Shown: positions 1 to 12,780 of the stretch, piece after piece
Position numbering within the stretch: position 1 is the stretch's first letter
Layout: each line of letters opens with the position of its first letter
Origin: Antechinus flavipes
Lineage: Eukaryota
NCBI RefSeq assembly: GCF_016432865.1
Contig: NC_067399.1
Span: 463,512,001-463,576,000 of the forward strand
Direction: 5' to 3'
Length of the DNA stretch: 64,000 nucleotides
Notes under the pieces: model-generated
Told to the model about the DNA's origin: nothing
Database searches by the model: none
The model's input: the letters and a program-made list of their open reading frames with translations, nothing else
Program-made: the position numbers and the translations under genes

Positions 1-970
1 ATGAGAGCCATTTCCAAGGTGATAAATGATCAAAGAGCATAAACAGGCTGTTTTCAGAAGAAGAAATCAAATCTATCAACAATCACATGAAAAAAAATGC
101 TCTAAATCAACACTGATGAGAGAAATAAAAATTAAAATAATTTTCATCCCAAACAATGTCATCTTAAACCTATCAGACTAGTTAACATGCTAGCAAGTAT
201 GTGGGAAAATTTGGACACTAATGCACTTTTGATAGAGTTATGAACTAGTTCAATCATTCTGGAGAAAAATTTGGAAATGTGCTTGCTGAAAGAGCTATAA
301 AACTGCAAACTCTTTGACCCAGCAATACCACTACTGGGCTTTTCCCCAAAGAAATAAAAAATAAGGGGGGAAAGACCTAATTGTACAAAAATATTTATGG
401 TGACAAAGAATTGGAAATCAAGGGGATGCTCATCAATTAGGGAATGACTGAGCAAGTTGTATAGTGTTGTGGTATAAGAAATGATGAGCAGGATGGGTTC
501 AGAAAAATTTGGGAAAACATATCTTAACTGATTCAAAATGAAGTGAGTAGAACCAGCAAAACAATTTACATAAAAACAATAGTATTGCAAGAATAATAAA
601 CTGTGAAGACTTAGCTACTCTGGTCAAGAAAATGATCTAAGACAATTTCAAAGGACTGATAATGGAAAATGTTATCTACTTCCAAAGAGAGAATTGTTGA
701 ATTCTTAATGCAGGATGAAGCAAATTACTTAATTTTATTTTTTCTTGTTTTATTTGTTTTTAGACTGTGTTTTCTTTTGCAATTTAACTAATATGGAAAT
801 ATATTTTGTATTACTTCACATGTAAAATCACTATCAAATTGCTTGCTTTTTCAGGGAGCGGGGTGGAAAATAGGAAGAAAGAAAGACTTTGGAACTAAAC
901 TTTTTTTAAAAAAAAGAATCATTAAATTTGTTTACATGTAATTGATAGTGTTTCATGAAATAAATAAAAA
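1..970 (+). mobile_element. Old L1 3' end (ORF2 C-terminal region plus 3' UTR and A-rich tail), degenerate
   Basis: Typical L1 ORF2-end strings (tttgacccagcaataccactactggg, tgtacaaaaatatttat, gaattggaaat) and an A-rich end near 960-970. Confidence 0.85.
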
Positions 971-1789
971 TATTTTTAAATGGGTAGACCATTCCACAGC
1001 TCCATCATCAATACATTAATATATCTTTTTCCTAAAGTCCCACCAGCATTTGTCATTTCCTTTTTTTGGGGGTCATCTTTGCCAATCTGAGGGAGTATGA
1101 GGTGGAGCCTTGGAGATCTTTTAATTTGCATTCTTCTTATTACTAATAATTTGAAGCATTTTTATGTGGCTATTGAGATTTAGATATCTTCCTCAGAAAA
1201 TTCCTTGTTTGTATCTTTTTACTATTACCAATTGGGAACTGGCTCTTACTATTATACAGTTCCATCCTATATATCTTAGAAAGGAGAACTTTAGTCGATA
1301 AACTTGCTGCAAAGAATTTTATTTCTAATCTTAGCTGCATTGGTTTTGTTTGTACAAAATCCTTTTTACTTTTATGTAATCATAATTACCCATTTTAGCT
1401 TCTGTGATCCTTTTTATCCCTTATTTGGTCATGAACTTTCCCTCATCCACAGATCTTACAGGTAATTTCCATGCTCCTCTAATTTTCTTAGGATGCTACC
1501 CTTTAAGTCATGTACTCTTTTGTAGCTTCTCTTGGATTATGTAGTGTGATCTGCTGGTCTGTGCCTGATATCTGCCATACTGCTGCTTGGTTTTCTCTGC
1601 AGTTTTTGTCAGCTAATTCTTACTCTAATAATTGGAAGTTATCAAACTCTATACTGCTGTGCTCATTTGCTTTATTATATTGTATACCAGATGTGTTCTT
1701 CTGACCATGTGTTTTCCTTAAATAGTACTAGATCACTTTGATGATTACTGCTTTGTAGTATAGTTTGATATCCTTTATCATTAAGCCGA

Positions 1790-2015
1790 AGAGTAGAAGG
1801 TAGAGCCAGCACTGAATCTAGAGTCAGAAGACCTGAGTTCAAATATGTCCTCAGACACTTATTACCTATGTGACCCTGAGAAAGACACATAACTTCTGTT
1901 TGCCTTAGTACACTGGAGAAGGAAACGGCAAATCTTTCTAGTACCCTTGCCAAGAAAATCCCACGCATAGTATGGGCCATAGAGTCATAGAGTTGGACAC
2001 AACTGAAAAACAACA
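1790..2015 (+). mobile_element. MAR1-type CORE-SINE with RTE-like tail, inserted in the L1 remnant
   Basis: MIR-like head and core followed by ctggagaaggaaacggcaaa...ttgccaagaaaa...gagttggacacaactgaa. Confidence 0.8.
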
Positions 2016-2168
2016 AAAATAATATTTTGGACTTATCCTTCCACTCTTCATTCTTCCCCTCACTCCCTCCATTATTTTTCTTGAGTTCTTGAACTATTGC
2101 TCTTCAAGAAGAATTTCATTGTTATTTTTTTTCTAGCTCTATAAAGTAATTCTTTGGTAATTTGATAT

Positions 2169-2417
2169 NNNNNNNNNNNNNNNNNNNNNNNNNNNNNNNN
2201 NNNNNNNNNNNNNNNNNNNNNNNNNNNNNNNNNNNNNNNNNNNNNNNNNNNNNNNNNNNNNNNNNNNNNNNNNNNNNNNNNNNNNNNNNNNNNNNNNNNN
2301 NNNNNNNNNNNNNNNNNNNNNNNNNNNNNNNNNNNNNNNNNNNNNNNNNNNNNNNNNNNNNNNNNNNNNNNNNNNNNNNNNNNNNNNNNNNNNNNNNNNN
2401 NNNNNNNNNNNNNNNNN
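2169..2417. other. Assembly gap (249 N)
   Basis: Run of N. Confidence 1.
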
Positions 2418-2764
2418 ATCCATAAGCAATTATTTATATCTGTCTTTATTTGCGTAAAGATATTATGTAGCTATATTTATTGTGTGTGTCTTGGCTGGTA
2501 AATGTATAAGTATTTTTATACAATTTATAGTTATTTTAAATGGAATTTCCCTTTTCATCTCTTTCTGCAACAATAAAAGAAGTATATAAAATTTCAAGAT
2601 GACAAGGTATAATGCAATACAGTATATGTTTAGTTGCTAAATGCATAGTATAGGCAATAAGCTACATGACAATTCAGAGGAGGCAGACATAATTATTACT
2701 CCAGACTATATGGTCACAGAAGGGTTTGCAGAGGGGGCTAGATTTAAGGGGTCTTTTGCTCTGC

Positions 2765-2995
2765 TGCTGTTTAGTCATTTCAGTAATATCCAATCCTTTG
2801 TGATCCCCTTTGGGGTTTTCTTGGCAAAGATATTAGAGTGGTTTGCCATTTCCTTCTTTGAGTCATTTTACAGATAAGGAAACTGAGGCAGAGTTAAGTG
2901 ACTTGTGTAGGGTTGCATAGCTAGTGTCTAAGATCTGATTTGAACTCAAATTCTTCTGTTTCCAGAGCTTGCTGCTCTATCCATTGAGTCACCTT
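2765..2995 (-). mobile_element. MAR1-type SINE (reverse)
   Basis: ggggttttcttggcaaagatattagagtggtttgccatttccttct...gaaactgaggc...tttgaactc. Confidence 0.8.
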
Positions 2996-3429
2996 GGGGT
3001 CTTATAGAACATACAAGTAAAGTTTTCAGGATCCTTAGAAATTAATCCACTGTCTTCATTTTATAGATAAGGAAAGTGAAGGCAGGTGATTTGCATAGTT
3101 AATCCTCATACTGTAAAGAGAAGAACTGTGAATCCAGCCCAGGTCTTTATGTCCCACAGAATTCTTCCCCACCTCCACCCCTTTTTCAATGTTGTAAATG
3201 TCCATCTGTCTTAGATTTACCATAGATTAAAAGTCTTTAGGATTTCTTCCAGATAGCTTAGTCCAGAACTGGTCACTAATAAAGAGAGTGCCTTTAAATC
3301 TTTTAAGAATAGACTTGCTGTGAGAAATTGTTGCTAACTGAGGATTAATCAGTTGCTCACAAGAGGATACTTTTCAATTGATGAATTTCTAGCCCTTATG
3401 CTATGCCCCAAGGGGGTCAAATAGAGAAA

Positions 3430-3925
3430 AGCACTACATTCACAAAAATATACATAGTAGCACGTTTTGTAGTTGCAGAAAACTGGAAATAGAGTGGGTA
3501 ATTATTGATTGGGGAATGGTTAAATAAATTGTGGTACATGTTTTTATTGAATTATTACTGCCCCATAAGAAAGGAAGAACATGAAGAATTCAGAGAAGCA
3601 TGAAAAGATTTATACGAATTGATGTAGAATGAAGCCAGAAAACCAGAAAACAATGTTCATGATATAAATGGAAAGAAATGGAATTCTTCATCTAGCAGAA
3701 ACTAAACAAAAGTGGACATTAATTATCATAACCAAACTACTGCATATACATACTTTCAGATTTGGTTATGTTGATTGATTTTTTTTTTTGAACTTTCCCT
3801 TCTACCACTCACTCCCACTTTTTTAAAAAAATTCTTTATTATGGGGGTTAGCTTGCTGGGGAGGAGTTGGAAGAGGGATTTCTTTGGAAATAAAGTAAAA
3901 ACAAAATATATCAACAAAAATTCTA
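3430..3925 (+). mobile_element. L1 3'-end fragment (marsupial L1 type)
   Basis: acaaaaatatacatagtagcacgttttgtagttgcagaaaactggaaa...attggggaatggttaaataaattgtggtacatg. Confidence 0.75.
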
Positions 3926-5246
3926 ACAGAACAGCACTTGGTAAAAATATGTATTTGGGGAATGGATCAAACTGTGAGCCTTCAAATTTGGATGGGATAG
4001 TTGAGAGGCTAGGGAAGTATGGAACAGGACTTTATATTGCGGAGTCAGAAGATCTGAATTTTGTATTGCCCCCTTAAATAACTATATGATGGATAAGTTA
4101 TTTTACTCTCAACCTTAGTTTCCTCATTTGTAAAATAACTAAATGATCTCAAAAATTGCTCTCAGATGTGATATTCAGTATTCTAACATCCCCTTCTGCT
4201 CTAGGATGAAAAGGAAGTGTTATAACAGTTTTTTCTGGATTCCTTACTAGACATTTGGGGGAGGGGAGAAGGATTAAAGGAGGTGGGTGGAAATAGCAGT
4301 ATGCTATTAGCTGTTGCCCTAGATGCCTTGGGAGGCAGGAAGATTGTTAAGCTTCCATCTGCCAGAGATATTGGGAGGTGGGAGGAAGACTCCTTCAGGA
4401 ATGGGTCTGCATGGCCACACCAAATGTTTCTCACTCTCTCTCCCATTTGGAAGTTTTATTAAGATGTTAGATAAACAGAGAGGAAAGCTGCAAAGAAAAA
4501 CATTGACTCAGAAGGAAAGGGACCAGCAGGGTTCAGAGCTAAGAGCTAGTTTGCTCCAGATGTGTGCAGATGTGTCAGTGTGACCTTTTAATTATGGATT
4601 TCTTTGAAGGGTAGGGTGGGGATTGGTTAAGGTTGCATTTCCAAACAGTTTTTGGAGTTGAATAATATTGCTTCTTGGAGTAGCCAGGGCAGGTCTCCTA
4701 GGTACACGTGGCAAAGGTAGTTTGGGTCAAGAGAAGGGCAGGTTCATTGGCAACTGGAGGGTGATCTGTGGTATGAATTAAGTTGAATGTATCCAAGAGG
4801 TTGAAAGTCTATATATCCACATCTCACAGCTGCAGCTGCCCCAAACATCCCACTCCTCCCTGAGCCTTCCTGTCAGTGGCAAGAAAAACCAGGAATGCAC
4901 TGGTGTCAACAATATTAGGGCAGGGAGTGTGTGGGAGTGAAAAGAATCTTGGTCTGGGTTCCAAATCCAGGTCTGCCATTGGCTCCTTGTAGGACATTGG
5001 GCAAGTCCCTCTCACTCCTCCTCCTTACCCCCAACCTCAATTCCATCTGTTAAATAAGATTGGACTAGAATAATGAAGTGGCATGGACCTTTTGTGTGTG
5101 TGTGTTACTGTTTGCTTTAATAGTCTGATGAAGCCTATGGACCCTTCTCAAAATGTTTTAAAGTACTTATTTGGGATTACAAAGGAACTCAATGGTACCG
5201 AAATAAGATTATAACAGTATTTCTTTTAAAAAGTTCACAGACCCTA

Positions 5247-5399
5247 CAGCTAGTGGATAGAGCACCAGCCCTGAAGTCAGGAGGACCTGAGTTCAAATGT
5301 GCCCTCAGACACCTAACACTTCCTAGCTGTGTAACCCTGGGCAAGTCACTTAACCCCAACTGCCTTAGCAAAAAAAAAAAAAAAAAAAAAAAAGGAAAA
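5247..5399 (+). mobile_element. Young tRNA-derived SINE (WSINE1-type) with poly(A) tail and perfect 19-bp TSD
   Basis: B box gagttcaaat, core tail gcaagtcacttaacccc and a long A tail. TSD aaaaagttcacagacccta lies at 5228-5246 and 5400-5418. The 5' end lacks part of the A box. Confidence 0.92.
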
Positions 5400-5869
5400 A
5401 AAAAGTTCACAGACCCTAGGTTAAGAGTCACTAAAAAATTGGTAGTCACCAAGTTCTGTATCTTGATCTTATGTCGTCTAAGGTGATCTAATGAAAATAG
5501 GGTTGTGGTTGAAAGATGTGTGGTCCTGCAGAACTAGCTTCAAGTTTTTCCTGGGCGATATCTTAAGAGTTAAATGGGTCAAATCACTGTCTCGCTGATT
5601 CGGTTTTTCCTCTCCGCGGAAGAAAAGACAAATCCTTGCACTACCCCCTTATCCTGGCTCTGATGTGGAAAACCCTTTGTAAATGTTATAGTACTACAGA
5701 AATGTAAATTGTTGCTATTGTTTAGGGTTTCCTTCCAGCTCCCGTGTTCTTTGTTCCAAGTTTCAATTACTCTGAACTTGAATTTGATTCTGAAGGCCTA
5801 GCTTTCCTGCTACTGTGAGAAGCCAGAGATATTGTTGGGGAAGGGGATGGCTGAGGTTTAAACCGAAAA

Positions 5870-6620
5870 ACCTGGATTTGCCGGGAGGCAAATTCAAATC
5901 CTTGAATTACTCCTTGGGAGTAAGACCCGGAGTGGGCTTGCGTTTGGATGGCAGTCTTCTTTTGGAACTGGGTTTGTTTGGGACTCCCAGCTCTGCCCCG
6001 CCCCCGTGCGCGCTCTCGCCGCTGAGGAAGCCGGCCCGGCCTCTGGGGCAGCCCGTGTGGAGCGCGCACAGCCCAGGTAGGGCCTGAGCCCCGGCAGCTG
6101 GCCGGACTCTGGAGCTGCCCGGCTGCGGAGAGCGGAGCGCGTGGCGGGGGCCCGGGCCGGTCTCGGCATGGACATGTCGCTAGATGGTCTGGCCCTTTCT
6201 CCGAGGCCTGGATCTGGGAGCCGGGTGAGTGGCCAGGGTTGGGAGATCGTTCACCACTTTCTCCCTCTACCCCTCCGCCTCCCCGGGCTCTGAAAGGAGC
6301 GGCAGGGCGGGGCTGGGAGAGGAGACTGCTTGGGTTCATTGCGGCCGGGCTAAAGAAAATCAGCCGCGGTTTCCGCTTAGTTTGGACCAGATCTAAGTAG
6401 TCATTCGAGCCCAGTGGCGGGGAGATTCGATCAGATCAAACCAGACTGCGGGAGTCTGCAGGCTGTCTGGGGGCCGGGCTGTTGTGACTGTCCTCTTAGC
6501 AAGAACTGGTTTCCGTTGGGAAGGGAGGGCCGCTGCAATCGAAATAAGTCTGAGTTTGGGCAGTTGGCAGGAGGGTGCCGTGTCAGGGACTTCAGCTGCT
6601 CGTCCTGCCCCCAGTCCTTC
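5870..6620 (+). promoter_or_regulatory. CpG island, probable internal (alternative) DAB2IP promoter with 5' exon(s)
   Basis: CpG and GC content rise sharply against the AT-rich flanks. GC box gccccgcccc at 5995-6004. Two + strand donors: CAG|gtaggg at 6077 and CGG|gtgagt at 6225. Multiple first exons and promoters are known for mammalian DAB2IP. Confidence 0.75.
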
Positions 6621-9600
6621 CATCCCGGGGTGTGGAAGTGTGCGTCCCGTTCATTTATAATTGTTCCGTTCTCTAAGATTCCCGGAGCATTCTATTCAGT
6701 TCCTTTCGACTGCAGCCCATGCTCATGCCTTTCATCTGGAGTGATTCTTTTTCCCCAGACCCCAGAAATGCCTCATTCAAATCGAGCCGGGGGTTTTTGC
6801 GCCTCCAGAATCTGAAGGTTTCCTCTGCTTCTGTGCCCCTGAAAGGATGGAAGGCGGAAGTAGTGATTACAGATAGAAAACCAGTCCTGGAATGTCATTC
6901 TCCATTCCCACCCTTGTGGAGACAAATTTGGGGATCTTCCTGATGTTCCATCAACCCCTGGGATGGGGAGTAAGAGGACAGAAGAAGTCTTCAGGCGACA
7001 CATTGGGGGTTGGGAAGATAACTAAAGGCATATGGAAGAAAGGCTGACATGTTGGAGCACTCTGATAATGGAAGACAGGAGACGCCAGTGCATTACTGGC
7101 TGTGTTGTCTTAAACTAAATCATTTAACCTCTCTGATCTTCAGTTTCCTCATCTGGCTAATATTCTTTGACTAGGATACATGTTTGAAGATCCTTTTCAG
7201 TCTTGACATTCCACATACTAGGTGGGATCTCTTTCAATTTCAACATTCCAGTGTTCCATTCACTGGTAGTGTACGTTTCTAAACAAGAGAGAGGTAGAAA
7301 AACTAAAGAAGTATAATATAAGTACATGGTATCTTCTGAATGTAATATTCTTTGATCCTAACATGAGGATCTTGTACCACAAGATCTCTAAGCCTCCCCC
7401 CCCCCCAAAAAAAAAAAAAAAACGAACTTATTGCCAAAGAAAGAGAAAAAAAAGTCAACAGCAAGTGAAATTTGTAGAATTGCAGGGAGAAATATGGAAG
7501 TGGGAGAAGGGTTTTATCTCCTCTTATTTCTTTGTGATAGAGATAGCATTGAAACTAGGGTCAAGGCTAATTCTGGTTAGAACAAGCATTTTGAGGCTCT
7601 CTCAGGCTGGAAATATTATGAGAGGATGTAAGGATGTGGGGCTCTTAAGGTTTTTGTGTAGTGGAAGGAAAGAACAGGAAATCTGTGTTCCCTTTCAAGT
7701 TATGCCATTAATTTGATGTAGGAAAGACACTGAGCAAGTTTCTTTGCCCCCTCTGGACCGAAGTTAAAATTTTGCTTCAGACACCCTGTGTAACCCTGGG
7801 CAAGTCACTTAAACTCTTAGTACTTGTTTCCTCATCTGTAAAATGGGGATGATACTAGTACTTATTCCACAGGGTTTTTTATGAGGATCAATTGAATTAA
7901 TGTATTATTATAGATAAAGTATTTTATAAATGTTAAAGCTGTCATCACCATCATTATTAACTGGGAAACTGAAGAGGTTGGTTTTAGTGATCACTAAAAT
8001 TACTTCTGAACTGAGAATAAAACCAGAAGATCAGAAAAAAGTTCAAAAACCTCACACATGTTAATTAAACCACTGAACTGCTATACAGGAGAGAAAATGG
8101 GTATTTGTGCTAGATTCATTCTGAAATACTAAAGGGAGTACTATGTCAATTTGCAAGGGGTAGGAAGTATGGAAGGGATGAATGACACCTTTCCCTCCCC
8201 CCTCCCCAATCTATTCATACTGATTTTCCCTCCCTTCCTTCTCAGGATGTCCTAAGTATGTTACCTATGCTAGAGGCTTGTGAAAATTTCCACTCATTTC
8301 CAATTGTGACCTAGGAATCTTTCAATGTTGTCATGGCAGGAGGGTTCTGTTGTTGTTTTTGTTTTTCAGATGTGTAAACTTCGTTCAAATGAAGTATTTG
8401 TGGAAAGGAGAAAAATCCTCGTGCTATCTGTTGGTTCTGAACCTAACCAAGGATAACACTTTCTGAAGCATATTAGAGTCTTCAAGGGATAAGGGGACAG
8501 AGATGAAAGCAAGAACATGTCATGACTTAGAAATGATCCTATTAGCTTGAATTGCTTAGTGAGGAGAGGGTCAAGAGTGGCATAGTGCATTGAGTCAAAA
8601 ATCCCAGATTCTGGTTCTGCCAATAGATTTCCATATGATCCTCTATACTGTAAGCCACAATTTCCTTCTTCATAAAATCTTGGAATTGGATGTTTTCTAC
8701 CTTTAAATCTAGGATCCTCTGATGATACTATTTTCTGTGTCCTTCTAACTCTGAAACTCTGTTTGTTCTAAGATAGTTTCCTGCTCTGGGATTCAATAAT
8801 TCTCTATAAAGTCATTTTACATTTTTAGCCATTTTCTTCACCTGCAAAATTGAGTTAACATCTTGCCCTGAAAATAGGAACAAAACTTTGTAAATGCATA
8901 GATGACAAAAGGTAAAATAAGCAGTTACAGTTCAAGCTTATTTTTTCCCTTTCATCAAAATGTTAAACTATTGAAGTTTATGATTGTATTTCTAATTTTG
9001 TAATTTATTTTGTTTGATTTTTTTTCACTTTTGTTAAAATTGTCAAAAATGAAATTATTTTTGAAAATAAAATTGAAATACCTGGCTTGACCAATTCTCA
9101 GGATTATTATCAGGAGCCCATGAGATCATAGCAAGAAGCAATATGCTATAGGGGAAATAATATGGAACTAAGTGTTAGGGGCCTTATATTGTAACACTGA
9201 TGTTGGCACTTGACCTCGAATGTGACTTTGGATAAGACCTTTCCTCAGTCAGTCCAGGCCTAGTTTTCTGGTCACTTGAAAATTGAAAGGCCTAGATCAC
9301 GTATTCTTTAAGTCCTTTTCAGCACTAATAGTCTGATCTGTGAACATCTTTCAAAGAGATTTGTGCTAGTAAAAGCTAGAGGAGGGAAGAAGAAAGGAGG
9401 GGGTCATTTCTTGCCTGTACTTTAATTTGTTCCTATTACCTCACAGCTTCAAATGGTTCATTTCCAGGGGTCTAGGTGGTAATTAATGTCCACAAGAGTA
9501 AATTGATTTGACAGCTGGTTGTAGCGTCTTGTGACCAAAGATTTTTCCCCCCCACTTAGTTGGGACTGAATACTGCTCTCTCCCAACCACATGAATTATT

Positions 9601-11720
9601 CTCTGATCAGCTAGAACAAGGTAGTAGTGTTTGGTAGTTGAGGAAAGCTGAATGGAGATTGTGAAAAATTAAGTAGGTGGGGAGGAGGTTAGCCTTGGAT
9701 TTAAGGATTAAGTTCAAGGGTTCAGAAGTGCTGGGTTTTTTCTTGTCTTGCTTTGTCACTTACTATCTTTGGTTGGGAAGTAACCAATTCACTTACCTTT
9801 ATTTGATTTCACTTTCTTCAAATGTAAATGATAGAATTGAGCTCTATTATTTTAGGTCCTTTTCAGTCCTCCTACATTACCTATACCATGTTTGAACCTT
9901 TTTTTGTATCATTGATCTATTGTTCCTTCCAGCTCTGACATTCTGTATGCTGTATTCTAGCATTTTGTGTTTCCAGATTCCTTCAGCTCTGACATTCTGT
10001 GATTCTTAAACCATGTCCTATCGATTCTTGTTGCTCACTTCTTTCCAGACAGCACATAATAAGTGTTTGCTATATTTTAAAATGAATAAATTTTCCTTTT
10101 GGTTGTCATTATGCTTAGTCTGCCCAGAATCCCATACCTGAAGCCTTTTCTTTGTATTCTTTTTGACTTTCCCAGATGCCAACTCCCAGTGACAGATTTA
10201 ATAATCTGAGCCCGTCTCTTGTGTTTAGTATTGCAGGAGTGAAAGTTTACTCCTAAAACGTTATCGATTGAGATACTAATAAAAGTTCAAGGGAGAAGGG
10301 GGGTGGGTTGGAGCCAGGATTTCTTTTTTTCCTTTGGGACTGAGAACATCAAAGTCCTATAGTTGATTTGGTTTTGCTTCTTCCTGATGCAGGTAGATTT
10401 TTCTGGTTATATAAGTGCCACTCCCTTCAGGAAGCCTTACACTTGGAATCTGTGCCATTCAGATCAACATTTAATTCAATAGAGAGTCGATGTGGTAGGC
10501 TGGAAAGAGTACTAAATTTGGAGTTAGGATTAATCAAGTGATAAGAATTTAAGTTCTTACTGCATACCAGTCACTGTACTAGATGCTGAAGTTATAAAGA
10601 CAAAACTCAGTCCTTACAGACTGTGGGGAAAACATTGTGTAGACTTAGAGGTAAGTATAAAATATAGACAAAGTAAATACAAAGTAATTTGAGAGGAGGG
10701 AGGAGACAGCAGCTGGGGGATTAGAGTAAAAGTTGTAGAAGTCTTGGGTGTAAATACTGGCTCTACCATTTACTCCCTTTGAGATTTTGAGTAAAGCATT
10801 TCCCTTAATTTCTCTATAAAATTAGAAGATAGGGTTATCCCTTTCTGCTGTACATAAATTATTTTAAGTTTGACTATTAACATCTAAGCATCTGTCAAAG
10901 GATTCTGACAGGGTAGGTGAATATTTGGGGAGTGGAAGCCAATAAGAAAGACTTCTCTTGGTCCCCAGATTCTTCCCTTGCATTTTTTTCATTTTCAGGT
11001 GCATGTGGTCCCATCAATACTATCCCTAGGCAGCTTCTTGGGAAGGACAGATCCTGGGCCCTGGAGGGGCCTGGCCCTGGTGGAAGAAAAGAGGAGTTAA
11101 TGCTTGCTGAGTTTCTTGCCTGGGCTTGTCATTCCTGATGGGAGGAGCAGGGAGGGCTAAGCCTGGCTTTTCTCTGATTTCTCTATCTCTATTTCCCTCT
11201 CCTTCCTTCTTTGACTGCCCTTTCTCTTCAGGAAATGTTTTTTTCAATGTCTGTCTCAGATATTTCTTTCCCTTGGTGTTTCTGGATGCTAGGTTTTGTT
11301 TTCTCCTCTCTCTGGCTATGTATCATCATCATCTCTCAGTATTTTCTCTTTTCTCTATTGCATCTTTATGTGAGTGATTCTAACACCCTTAAAAATTAGC
11401 TTCCCAAGAGAGCTGAGTTTACTCAGAGGTTCACAGCCTAATGTTTCCTTAAAGACTAGAGACAGGAAAAGATTGCATTTATTTCCAAAGATATTCCCAT
11501 CCACTCCACCCAACCTACCTCCAGGACCATTCTCTTCTCCAAAGATATCTTGTCAGATATCTTGGTCCCCAAATTCAACTCTCATATACTCTATATCCCA
11601 GTCCTTTATCTTCTAAATGACTCTGAATTTCTTACGTTAGTATTATGTAACGTCAGTGATATAAAGTTAGAGATCCTTGGAAGAAAGGTTGCTAATGCCT
11701 AGAGAAATCAACAAAGACAG

Positions 11721-11798
11721 GGGCAGCTGGGTGGCACAGTGGATAGAGCACCAGCCCTGAAGTCAGGAGGACCTGCGTTCAAATCTGCCCTCAGACAC
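11721..11798 (+). mobile_element. WSINE1-type SINE 5' half running into an assembly gap
   Basis: gggcagctgggtggcacagtggatagagcaccagccctgaagtcaggaggacctgcgttcaaat is near-identical to the copy at 5247. Confidence 0.85.
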
Positions 11799-11939
11799 NN
11801 NNNNNNNNNNNNNNNNNNNNNNNNNNNNNNNNNNNNNNNNNNNNNNNNNNNNNNNNNNNNNNNNNNNNNNNNNNNNNNNNNNNNNNNNNNNNNNNNNNNN
11901 NNNNNNNNNNNNNNNNNNNNNNNNNNNNNNNNNNNNNNN
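11799..11939. other. Assembly gap (141 N)
   Basis: Run of N directly after a young SINE head. Confidence 1.
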
Positions 11940-12469
11940 TTCTAAGCTGGAAGAGACCTGAGAAGCTGGCTAGTAATTTCTGTCTCTTTGTTCCTCTGTT
12001 TCTTTCAAGATTTCTGAATCTATCACAAACATACACACATGATAACTTTGAATCCCAGAGTTGCAGAAGATCTCAAAAGTCTTGTACTTCATTTAATAAT
12101 CCATTGTTCTTATCTGCAACATGCCTGAAAAGTGTTCAGCCACCAAATGGCACGAGACTTAGAGTCAAGATCTTCAAACTCAAATTAGACACTTTAATAA
12201 GTCTTTCATCCTGGACAAGTCATGTAACCTCTTTGTGCTTCAAGCTTTCTCATCTGGAAAATTAGGAAATTGGATATGAGGGCTTCTTTGTTCCCTTCTA
12301 GCTCTAAATTTATGTTCCCATGAAGATGTTCCGTGACAGAAAAATCATTTCTTCCTAAGGCAGTACTTTTCCTTTTTAGATGGCTCTGATTGCTAGTTAT
12401 ATAGAGCTTTATTATCTTTTTGCTGGTTCCTTGCATTATTTCCAATTCTGCTTTCTGTGCCTAAGCAGA

Positions 12470-12780
12470 ATAAGTCCAATCCTTCTTCATCATACTTGAC
12501 AATGTTATCATGTCCCTCCCTCCACTCTATGTCCAAGTCTTCTCTGGTTCTGTATGTCCCCCTTCTTTCTGCTGATTTTCATATCTCCAATCACCCGCCT
12601 CTTAGCACATACTTAATTTGTTCATGTTTTTCTTAAAAGGTGACACCCAGAACCGAATATAGTTTTCAATTGTGATCTGATTAGAACAGAACACACCTAT
12701 GTTCTGAACGAACACTAGTTTTCTCAATGCAGCTTAAGAGTAGAATAATGTTTGTGGCTGCCAACTCACTTGCCCAAGAT
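12470..12780 (-). mobile_element. L3/CR1 fragment (reverse)
   Basis: aaggtgacacccagaaccgaatatagtttt...tgtgatctgattagaacagaac...aatgcagcttaag...ggctgccaactcac. Confidence 0.65.

Larger units (their letters stand above)
980..2600 (-). mobile_element. Degenerate L1 ORF2 fragments, reverse orientation, interrupted by MAR1 and a gap
   Basis: Reverse L1 strings (ccacagctccatcatcaat, tttgccaatctga, ttaatttgcattcttct, aattttcttaggatgctaccct). Confidence 0.7.

Noticed and set aside
159-590. 143-aa minus-strand ORF
   Set aside because: It is antisense to a decayed L1 ORF2 end and not a gene.
2139-2429. ORFs spanning N runs (also 11739-12036 and 45890-46181)
   Set aside because: Assembly-gap artefacts.
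5247-5320. tRNA gene
   Set aside because: The A/B-box-like head belongs to a SINE with a core, poly(A) tail and TSD; no cloverleaf or acceptor stem is evident.
5767-6339. 190-aa minus-strand ORF and overlapping ORFs in the CpG island
   Set aside because: Stop-poor frames are expected in GC-rich DNA. The Pro/Arg/Gly/Ser-biased translation has no recognisable domain.
7360-7395. Short hairpin gatcttgt-acc-acaagatc before a poly(C)/poly(A) run
   Set aside because: An 8-bp stem is expected by chance in 64 kb, and there is no miRNA- or snoRNA-like context.
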